From Nitrososphaeria archaeon (GTDB taxonomy: Archaea > Thermoproteota > Nitrososphaeria > Conexivisphaerales > UBA164): a stretch of 32,546 nt of DNA. The DNA is taken from positions 1-32,546 of the forward strand of contig JARVJW010000085.1 in the NCBI GenBank assembly GCA_029775955.1, given 5' to 3'. Under the pieces are notes generated by a model that saw only the letters and a program-made list of their open reading frames with translations, had not been told where the DNA came from and did not search any database. Position numbers and translations under genes: made by a program. Of the stretch, positions 8,220-16,369 are shown one piece after another; positions within the stretch are counted from its first letter, which is position 1; each line of letters begins with the position of its first letter.

Positions 8220-9483
8220 GCCGCCCTGCTCTGTTGAACAAATATCCCTGAGTGCTTATCATTCTCAGATCTCTTCTAGGATTTCTGATCAGTTCATCGC
8301 TTTCACCAACTGCTTTGCCCTCTGGTTCATGTAGTATGCCCAGAACCTCTGGTATCCCTCTGCTTCCAGTCCTGTGGTACATCGGCTTACGCAATTCTCC
8401 CCAAACTTCACAGCGGAGAATATTCCTTCCGTGCCTGGCCACCTCATTCCATATTGCTCCTGATCCGCCCATTCCCTTTCTCTTGATAGTCCCTTATTGC
8501 CTGTCTTAGATCCCCTGCACTGGATGCATTCTTCCTGACCTTTATGACCGGCCTGGCTCCTATTAAATGCATGAGATCGAAGAGATCGTTGGTATCGAAT
8601 GCACAGTCACAAAAGCACCAACTTTCACTCCTCTCAGCACTGCATCTCTCAAGTGCTTCTCCGCAGTCTCTGGTTCAGATGGACCTGAACCCTCCATGTG
8701 CACCTTTATTCCTATGATCTTCTTTGTCCGCACATCGGCGGTGATTATGAGATGCTTCTTCTGCCGTGCATCTGGATCACCATATCCTGTATGATCCTGC
8801 GTTGCCTGCCTTCATGCCTGTACCGTCGGTTGCAAGGCCTGCATGTTCCAGGCCCGATACCATATGGTTGTATAATCGCCGTATTCCGGTATGAGCCCCT
8901 TACTCTGCATTGATCTTGCAAGACCGCGATAGTCAAGATGCTGCTTCCAGAGCATCATGAATTTCATTCCGGGAAGCATGTAGATCCGCGTTTTCCCAGA
9001 TTCATGAGCTTCAGCTCGGAATCCCACTGATCAGCGAAATCGAGATCAAAGAGGAATGTTCCCCTTATCACCAGTTCCTCGTTGTATGCCTTCCAGTCTC
9101 TCCTGCCCTTGTAAGGTTTTCCCCACCTTGAGTATAGTATACAACAGGCATATATTTATATTCTCAGAAACCTTCCAGTTGTTGTGGAAACGGCCTGATA
9201 TCGTTCACTATGAGATGACAGGAATAGGGGAGAGATCTCAAAGTTCTACCGTGATCGGTATGAGAGCTACCCGATACAGATCAAGGAAGGCTTGACAAGA
9301 TCAGGAACATACGCTATTCCAAGGGTGTGTTCATGATAAGAGGGGAGGATCGGGGAAAGGTTGTCTCTTACCTGAGAAAAAGGGGCGCAACTGTGGTCCT
9401 GTGGAAAGTTATTCCTAGCAGGAAGAAAAAAAGCTCCTGGAGCTACAGGTCACTTAAATATTTGTTCAACACAGCATGTCGCC
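8220..9483 (-). mobile_element. ISC1058-like (IS5-family) DDE insertion sequence no. 2; transposase decayed
   Basis: Imperfect inverted repeats of about 25 bp: GCCGCCCTGCTCTGTTGAACAAATAT (8220-8245) versus the rc of ATATTTGTTCAACACAGCATGTCGCC (9458-9483). Minus-strand fragments read RDWKAYNEELVIRGTFLFDLDFADQWDSELKLMNLGK, then TRIYMLPGMKFMMLWKQHLDYRGLARS...EYGDYTTIWYR, ...ITADVRTKKIIGIKVH..., DCAFDTNDLFDLMHLIGARPVIKVRKNASSAG and MYHRTGSRG, spread over several frames. Same superfamily as IS no. 1. Confidence 0.65.
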
Positions 9484-9624
9484 AGTACACGATATATTAA
9501 TAAACTATAAATTCAGGAACACATTTATAAATGCAACACAACTGTTTATCGATCACTTAACATCCATTTTTATTTACAAATATCTCCTGATTTAATCATC
9601 TAAAAGCGAATCTTGGCTATATCG

Positions 9625-10494
9625 TTAATGAGCTATTGACTTGATCATTGGCTTGTGAAATCCAACCTTAAGTATCGAATATTTAAAGCAGAGCGCCCCG
9701 ATTAAAATCAAAAAGGTAGCCAATAGATCAATGGGTTCCAATTTATTGGATATGATTACATAGAGGAAGATCGATGCAGGGACTACAAGTCCTAATACCA
9801 TAGCGCCAAGCCAGAATATCCTGTTAGCCCCGGTTTCCACCAATTCACGATATGATGTTATAGAAGCTGCATCATTCCTTCGCTTAAGGTCGTACAAGGA
9901 GATGGCTGATAAGATAACTACTACGATCGCGATCGAAGGAGTTACTATCCCCAGGTATGCAAGGCCAGCTCCTTCGATAAGAAGATACATATCAAGCAAC
10001 CCAACACCGCTGAGGAACGAATAGAGGTACATGGTGCTGAAAATCATCGGGGAGCGCCAGGCCGGGATATCAAGGACCGCCCTGAGGAGGAGTCCGGGAT
10101 ATGCGATAAGTATCAGTCCAATTATGAAATTTATTCCTGTCAGGAATGTGTTTAACCAGGTTATCCCGGCTAAATTTAAGATGAATAACAAAGCAGATAC
10201 TAGAACGAACACAATGCTAATCAGAGCCCCCCTTGACATCCAAGAAGTTTTCAGATTATTGATGACCTTCATTGAATTCATAGGTCTGCCCACCTCTGAC
10301 ATGAGGACTAGGAGGCCTAATATTACAAATATCGCCGACAGTGCAGAGACAGCGTTCATGATATGATATATATCTGGGTTTAATAGGGAAAATACTGCAT
10401 AAGCTACAAACATACCGCTTCCGACCCCTCCAAAGAAAAGATCTATGGCAACCCTGACCCCCCATACAGTCTGCCTAAATGGCTTGAACATCAT
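9625..10494 (-). CDS. NrfD/PsrC-type integral membrane anchor subunit of the molybdopterin oxidoreductase
   Basis: A 289-aa ORF with about 8 predicted hydrophobic helices. The N-terminus WGVRVAIDLFFGGVGSGMFV is typical of the NrfD family. Its start overlaps the stop of the upstream Fe-S subunit by 4 nt (10491-10494). Confidence 0.8.
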   Translation of the reverse strand: MMFKPFRQTVWGVRVAIDLFFGGVGSGMFVAYAVFSLLNPDIYHIMNAVSALSAIFVILGLLVLMSEVGRPMNSMKVINNLKTSWMSRGALISIVFVLVSALLFILNLAGITWLNTFLTGINFIIGLILIAYPGLLLRAVLDIPAWRSPMIFSTMYLYSFLSGVGLLDMYLLIEGAGLAYLGIVTPSIAIVVVILSAISLYDLKRRNDAASITSYRELVETGANRIFWLGAMVLGLVVPASIFLYVIISNKLEPIDLLATFLILIGALCFKYSILKVGFHKPMIKSIAH

Positions 10495-11078
10495 TCTATT
10501 TCACCTATATAATAAACTGAGGGCTTATAATTATCATCTTCCTTGAGTGTCCAAGCTTTTTTATCTTTAATCATATGCTTAATTGAAGAGTCATCAACAT
10601 CTCCAAAATGAAGCGCATCATACGGGCACGTATCCACACACAATGGGTTTTCGCCATTTTGAACTCGATCGTAACATAGATCACACTTTTCAACGACACC
10701 CTTGGGTATAGGCTGTTTTAATTCTTCAGGAACCCAATCACTCCAATCATCGCCAGAGTTGAAGAATCTCTCCATATATGGGCACGCTACGATACAGTAC
10801 TTGCAGCCAAGGCAATTGTCATAGTCTATAAGCACAATGCCATCGGCGGTCTTATAGGTTGCTCCCGTGGGGCAAACTTTCAGGCATTCAGGGTTCTCAC
10901 AGTGCATGCACATCAAAGGGAAATAGGTCTTCTTAACGTCTGGAAATTCACCGCGCTCAATTTCAACTATCCTCCTCCAGAAAATATCCTTTGGGGTTCT
11001 GTTCTTAACTTTACATGCCGCTGTGCACGCGTTGCAACCCACACATTTATTCAATTCTACTACTACTGCGTGTTTCAA
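10491..11078 (-). CDS. Four-cluster [4Fe-4S] ferredoxin-type electron-transfer subunit (DmsB/PsrB family)
   Basis: A 195-aa ORF with four Cys clusters: CVGCNACTAAC, CMHCENPECLKVCP, CLGCKYCIVACP and CDLC...CVDTCP. It overlaps the catalytic-subunit stop by 4 nt (11075-11078). Confidence 0.9.
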   Translation of the reverse strand: MKHAVVVELNKCVGCNACTAACKVKNRTPKDIFWRRIVEIERGEFPDVKKTYFPLMCMHCENPECLKVCPTGATYKTADGIVLIDYDNCLGCKYCIVACPYMERFFNSGDDWSDWVPEELKQPIPKGVVEKCDLCYDRVQNGENPLCVDTCPYDALHFGDVDDSSIKHMIKDKKAWTLKEDDNYKPSVYYIGEIE

Positions 11079-13201
11079 TTTGATAACTTCCTAACTCTGC
11101 AGAGCCCTCCCCTCAACGATGTTGAGCCTATGCCGAGGGCGCATTTGCTGTTATCAGTAAGCAGGTTATCATTGGCTTCATCAGCCCACCCATGGGGAAC
11201 CCCGACTACCCTTGGGTCTATTCCCTGTGTCAATTTTGCCTTAAGGATAACCGACCCCCTCGGTGTCTCAACCTTGACCATTTCTCCATCTGATATGTTC
11301 AATGAGCTAGCGGTCTTCGGATTGATCTCCAAAAGAGGTTCTGGATTGATATCCCTGAGGGCTGGAATGTTTCTCTGACCTGTATGGAAGAATGTTGAAA
11401 CCCTCCTCCCTGTGGTCATTACTAGAGGATATTCCCTGTATATATCAGGCGTGCTGTACGGACTCTCAAACGGCTCCGTGTAAAACGGCAATGGATCATA
11501 TCCCCACTCCTTAAGCCTTCTTGAATAGAGCTCGATCTTCTTTGACGGTGTATTGAACCCTTCCCTGAGCCTCTTCCCTATATCGGGATTGTGCTTGATT
11601 ATACCGCCCTTGGATCGGAATTGCTCAAATGTTATGCCCAATGGGCTCAGTATATAATTAAGGTAATCTTCCTCAGAGTTCCAAAAGTTGGGCAACCCCA
11701 GCTTCTTGGCCAACTCGATCATTATCCAAATGTCAGAATGAGCCTCCCCGACAGAAGTTACCTTCTGCCTTATCCTTAGGTGACCGTAGGTAGCCTGGGC
11801 CGTGTCAACCAAGCCATCCTGTTCAAGCCAGGAAGATGCGGGCAGGATGATATCAGCTAGCTCTGCCGTCTTTGATATAAAAAGATCAGCTACTACAAGG
11901 AATTCTACTGATTTAAGCGCCTTGACCGCCATCTCGGAGTTAGCTATTGATAACGCCGGGTTCCCACCCATTATGAACATGGCCCTTATGGGATACGGTT
12001 TTCCAGTAAGTATAGCATTAAGAATGGTTGGGTAATGAGCCATGGGAAAATTAATCTTCAGATAACGGCTTAGGATTGGATATTCATCAGCGCCCAACCT
12101 TTTCCTATCCATCTCCGCTGGCAGGCTTTCTATAAGTATAAAATCATTGTTATCTATGAACACCTGTCCCGCTGTTTCAGGAAATATATTGCCACCTGCT
12201 ATATCTACGTTCCCAGTTATGGAAGCCAGTATCGATACTGCCCTTCCGAGCTGTATCGGATCAACTATCTCATCAAATGTAGCTGAAATAGTTATAGAGG
12301 CTGGGCTGTTCTTAGCGTACATACGTGCTGCCTGAATTAATTTATCCTTGGGCACCCAGGTTATCTCAGAAACCTTTTCAGGGGTGTATTCAGATGCCCT
12401 CTTTTTTAGCTCATCAAATCCTATGCAATATTTATTTACATATGCCTGATCGTAAAGGCCCTCATTTATTATGATGTTGATCATGCCAAGAGCCAATGCT
12501 ACATCGGTCCCAGGCCTAACTGGCAGCCAGATATCGGCCTTGGATGCGATGTTGCTCTGAACTGGATCTACCACTATCAGCTTAGCGCCTGCATTTCTAG
12601 CTGACATCAACTTTTTGGATTTAAGCGCCCAGGTGGCTGGCGGATTAGCTCCCCAAACAAGTATGCAGGACGATTTGGATAAATCTGGCCATTCCAGCGC
12701 TATGCCGCCAAAGGTTAAATTCTGTGATATGCTTCGGGGCGTAAAGCATTGAGCACCACCGGATTCCGTCCAATTTGGAGTCCCGAAGGCATTGGCGAAC
12801 CTGTTGAAGACCCTGATCCATGAACCACGATTTGTACCCCTGGCCATCACTACAGCTTCAGGGCCTGATTCCGTTTTTATATCGTTTAATTTCTTTGCTA
12901 TAGTACTTAGGGCTTCTTCCCAAGATATTCGCCTCCATTTACCCGAACCTCTTTCACCATCCCTGGCCATTGGATATTTAATTCGCTGTGGATGGTAAAG
13001 GATCTGTATTGACGCAATGCCCTTAGGGCAAATCGATCCTTCGCTCATGGGATCATCCTTATCTGCTATTATCCTTGTTACCTTCCCTCCTTCAATTCCG
13101 ACAAGGACACCACACTGATTATGACCACATATAGAGCAGCAGGTTTTTACCCATTTGGTGGGGCCTTCTCCCCCTGATTGAAGGGTGCCATGGACCATCA
13201 T
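11075..13201 (-). CDS. Molybdopterin (bis-MGD) oxidoreductase catalytic subunit of the DMSO-reductase superfamily; substrate unknown; no Tat signal
   Basis: A 708-aa ORF. The N-terminal Fe-S cluster motif is TCCSICGHNQCG...C, followed by GSICPKG. Typical MGD-binding stretches include LIVVDPVQS and IILPASSWLEQDG, and the C-terminal barrel contains EINPKTA...GEMVKVETPRGSV. A GGAGG lies about 12 nt upstream of the ATG. There is no RRxFLK twin-arginine motif at the N-terminus. Confidence 0.9.
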   Translation of the reverse strand: MMVHGTLQSGGEGPTKWVKTCCSICGHNQCGVLVGIEGGKVTRIIADKDDPMSEGSICPKGIASIQILYHPQRIKYPMARDGERGSGKWRRISWEEALSTIAKKLNDIKTESGPEAVVMARGTNRGSWIRVFNRFANAFGTPNWTESGGAQCFTPRSISQNLTFGGIALEWPDLSKSSCILVWGANPPATWALKSKKLMSARNAGAKLIVVDPVQSNIASKADIWLPVRPGTDVALALGMINIIINEGLYDQAYVNKYCIGFDELKKRASEYTPEKVSEITWVPKDKLIQAARMYAKNSPASITISATFDEIVDPIQLGRAVSILASITGNVDIAGGNIFPETAGQVFIDNNDFILIESLPAEMDRKRLGADEYPILSRYLKINFPMAHYPTILNAILTGKPYPIRAMFIMGGNPALSIANSEMAVKALKSVEFLVVADLFISKTAELADIILPASSWLEQDGLVDTAQATYGHLRIRQKVTSVGEAHSDIWIMIELAKKLGLPNFWNSEEDYLNYILSPLGITFEQFRSKGGIIKHNPDIGKRLREGFNTPSKKIELYSRRLKEWGYDPLPFYTEPFESPYSTPDIYREYPLVMTTGRRVSTFFHTGQRNIPALRDINPEPLLEINPKTASSLNISDGEMVKVETPRGSVILKAKLTQGIDPRVVGVPHGWADEANDNLLTDNSKCALGIGSTSLRGGLCRVRKLSN

Positions 13202-13423
13202 AATTCAAATTTCCTCCTTCATAGTTAACCACTTTGCGGATATTAAATGTTGTTGTTATGTTCGGAAATCATTTTTTCCTGCTCAAGAAATGATAGATAT
13301 ATATTATCTCCATTTTAGGTAGCCAGGCATGCAGGGAGGCGCTTTACCGTTCATCTTAACTGTCATGAAGATGGACAGATATCCGGATGCGGAATGTATG
13401 GTGCCTTTGTTCCTCTTGATAAA

Positions 13424-14480
13424 TCTGACATACTCTCCACCCTAAAGGGTTCTAAGGTCTCTATCATTCTTGAAGTTGCCTCTTTGGGTATGTGCTCCCC
13501 TTGCACGCATCTGCATGCAATTGACTTCCCATTAAAGGTGGACGCAACGCTATGTTGAATAAAGCGTTTGCATCAGCGTGGTCAACGTGCCCACATTGGC
13601 ACTTCCCTGAGCGGTTGCCTATCTGTCCACACCTTGAACATTCCTTCAATGTATGATACGGATCAACAACGCGCATTCCAAGTAGTCTGGCTTTGTATTC
13701 TAGCATCTGTTATAGAATGACCAGCTATTCAAGGAATACCTGAAATTTCTGCTAGATTTTGCATTTCTTATCCCCTGCAGATATTCAAGCTTAATTCCAA
13801 CTCTGTTTCGCTTCCTCTTTTCTTTGATGCTTTATGGTTCAGGTCTTTTTTTTATATTTTTCTTTATCATTTATTTCTTTGACCTTCATGTATTTCGCTT
13901 TCTTCTGCAGGTTCTTTATCATATTCTTGTATTTCTTATGTATGTGCTCTGCTAAGTTTTAGGACTTAGCTACAACAGCAATATGCCCAGTCGTGTTTCT
14001 ATCAACCCCTAAATATGAAAGGGGTTCAATCATGTTTTCCTCTGGGACTGTCACTGAAATATATACATATTCCTTGTCAACCTGATTTATTTTCAGGAAA
14101 TCGTTTCTGAAGTGAAAGTCAGGTTTAGGGACGGTATCACAATCTTTCTCTCTTCATGGCTGAACTTTATCCCCTGTGCTGGAATGGTTCACACTACTAA
14201 CTTCCTTTGCGTTCCTGTTTCTTGCATATTTCCTCAATATCTGGTTGGATATAATTGACTTAAATCCAAATTGTTTCGCATCCGCTAAAGAGGTTGGACG
14301 ATATGGCATATTCTGTTATCTTCCATGCAAGTTCAATCAAGAAATTACGGTTGTGCTTTGTACGTTAATATCATACTTTTTTCTGCTCCTCGATTTATTA
14401 CACTTTCAATATACTTTGATTACATTATAAACATATTGCACCCACATCGCGAGCTCAGTGGCTTTCTTGCGACGTCATTA
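13424..14480 (-). mobile_element. tnpB: TnpB element D2 (longer copy of D1): heavily frameshifted tnpB plus right-end hairpin
   Basis: Positions 13424-13873 equal D1. Further upstream, the minus-strand patchwork reads MILTYKAQ.., ELAWKITEYAIS.., ..EYVYISVTVPEENMIEP, LGVDRNTTGHIAVVA, IKLEYLQGIR and FRYSLNSWSFY before the [10 protein letters not shown]... ORF (13464-13706). Many stops and frameshifts are present. The left boundary is approximate. Confidence 0.65.
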
Positions 14481-14620
14481 TAATAATTAAGATATTCAGC
14501 TTGGGAAATGGCAATGGTTGCATCAATCAACGGCAGGTTAATCGTGATGTAGCGGTTGATGGGCACGAGTCACCAAGCGCAGCTAAAGTTTAATAACAAT
14601 ACCTGCACTAAAGCAGTTTA

Positions 14621-16369
14621 ATGAAGTCCTATCATGCACACAGGCTCAGTTATTTTGAAAAGTGGGCAATGATCGGATTACTTGTTGGCGTGATAGCCGG
14701 ACTTTCTTCAATGGCTGTTTATTTCGCGCTGAGGCTTATTGAATACATATTCCTATTTAGGGGAGCAGGAATTTTGCTTCCGGTGCCAATAGGGGAGGGG
14801 GGAAGCATAGTTTTCAGCTATACTGGGTTAAGGACGTACTTGCTGCCCATAATTGCTGCTTCTGGAGCTTTTATTTCTGGAATCCTTATTAGATTTTCAC
14901 CCAACGCTTCAGGCAACGGGACAGACAAAACAATTGAGGCGTTCCACTACAAGCACGGAAAGTTTGATAAATTTGGCTGGTTGGTAAAACTTCTGGCATC
15001 TGCTTTTACCATAGGAACAGGCGGCAGTGCTGGCAGGGAGGGGCCCGAAGCATTTATTTCAGCTGGCCTTTCATCTAACATTTCAGGAATTCTGAAAATT
15101 TCCCCTGAGGACAGGAGAAAGATAGTGGCTGTGGCACTTGGGGCAGGGATAGGAACTATATTTAAATCGCCAATTGCTGGAGCTCTGCTTTCAGCTGAGC
15201 TGCTCTACAGGAGGGATTTTGAATACGAAGTTATTTTTCCTTCATTAATTGCCTCAGCTGTTGGATATATAATATTTGGCTTAGCAGTTGGCTATGGGCC
15301 TATCTTTGGCATATATATCTATACTTTTTCAATTTACCAGGTGCCGTCATTTATCCTGCTGGGCCTAGTATGTGGTGCATTTGCCATCCTTTATGTAAAA
15401 ACAATGTTCGGATTTGAGCGTGTTTTCAGTAGGTTAAAGGCTCCACTGGCTGTTCGCGCTGCAATAGGAGGGCTGGCAGTTGGGATTATTGGCATGATGT
15501 TCCCTGAAATTATTTCCGTGGGATATGGGTGGATGAATTTAATAATGCTTGATAAAACATATGAACTGGTTGGGTTGGGCCTGAGCCCGCTTTTAATTTT
15601 AATTCTGCTTCCATTTTTGAAAATACTTGCTACTTCCTTGACCATAGGAAGTGGAGGCTCCGGAGGAGAATTTGCTCCCGGCATAATGATTGGGGGATTG
15701 GTGGGCTCAGCTTTTGGGGTTATGCTAAATTTATTATCAGGAGGTTCGTCCTCACTTGTGCCCTATGCTATTATCGGCATGGCAGCACTTTTTGGCGCTG
15801 CAGCAAATGCGCCAATTTCAGTAATGATAATGGCAATCGAAATGGGAGGCAGCATAGAGCTTCTTCCTCCTGCAATGCTGGCATCTGTTGTGTCATATCT
15901 GATAGCATGGAAATTTTCACTTTACCATTCACAGGTAACTACGAGGCGTGATTCGCCAGCCCATGCACAGGAATATTCGGTCCCCCTGCTTTCAACGATA
16001 AAAGTGGAAGACATCAGCATAAAAAATGTTTCAGTAAACCTTCATTCATCAGTAGAGGACGCTGTTGCAAAAATGAGGTCTGAGGGTATGGCCTCAATCC
16101 CGGTAATAGACTTGAATGATGTATTTGTGGGAATTGTTAGGCTATCTGACCTTAATGAGGCTAAAACCCTATCTGAAAAGGTTATAAAAGGAACGCCCTA
16201 TATTAGGCCGGAGTCAAATCTAGAACAGGCATGGGAGGCGCTGGCATCATCCAGGTCGTCCTGGGTACCAGTGGTAAAGAATGGAAGATTTGTGGGAATA
16301 ATAACAGTCGATGAAATGCTAGACGGGTATAAAAAATTCTCAAGGGTTGTGACATCCTCCCACGGCTAA
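14621..16369 (+). CDS. ClC-family chloride channel / H+-Cl- antiporter with C-terminal tandem CBS domains
   Basis: A 582-aa ORF. Selectivity-filter motifs are GGSAGREGPE (including the gating Glu), GSGGSGGEFAPG and GAAANAP. The C-terminal ~140 aa have a CBS-pair pattern (..ASIPVIDLNDVFVGIVRLSDL.. and ..SWVPVVKNGRFVGIITVDEML). Confidence 0.92.
   Translation: MKSYHAHRLSYFEKWAMIGLLVGVIAGLSSMAVYFALRLIEYIFLFRGAGILLPVPIGEGGSIVFSYTGLRTYLLPIIAASGAFISGILIRFSPNASGNGTDKTIEAFHYKHGKFDKFGWLVKLLASAFTIGTGGSAGREGPEAFISAGLSSNISGILKISPEDRRKIVAVALGAGIGTIFKSPIAGALLSAELLYRRDFEYEVIFPSLIASAVGYIIFGLAVGYGPIFGIYIYTFSIYQVPSFILLGLVCGAFAILYVKTMFGFERVFSRLKAPLAVRAAIGGLAVGIIGMMFPEIISVGYGWMNLIMLDKTYELVGLGLSPLLILILLPFLKILATSLTIGSGGSGGEFAPGIMIGGLVGSAFGVMLNLLSGGSSSLVPYAIIGMAALFGAAANAPISVMIMAIEMGGSIELLPPAMLASVVSYLIAWKFSLYHSQVTTRRDSPAHAQEYSVPLLSTIKVEDISIKNVSVNLHSSVEDAVAKMRSEGMASIPVIDLNDVFVGIVRLSDLNEAKTLSEKVIKGTPYIRPESNLEQAWEALASSRSSWVPVVKNGRFVGIITVDEMLDGYKKFSRVVTSSHG

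Noticed and set aside
8252-9295. Short ORFs on both strands inside IS no. 2 (8252-8509, 8567-8794, 8698-8913, 8745-8936, 8812-9027, 9056-9295)
   Set aside because: The minus-strand ones are fragments of the frameshifted DDE transposase, and the plus-strand ones are antisense shadows. None is an independent gene.
14176-14430. 84-aa plus-strand ORF
   Set aside because: It lies antisense within the decayed D2 tnpB. The translation is hydrophobic and low-complexity.
14500-14620. Fluoride (crcB-type) riboswitch in the ClC leader, prompted by GGCAATGG... and a hairpin ATCAACGGC-N17-GCGGTTGAT (14526-14560)
   Set aside because: The P1 and pseudoknot elements and the CUGAUGAUxCCUAC-like 3' segment of the motif, as I remember it, cannot be aligned. 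The channel also has the canonical GREGP filter plus CBS domains rather than ClC-F features. Only a generic leader hairpin remains.
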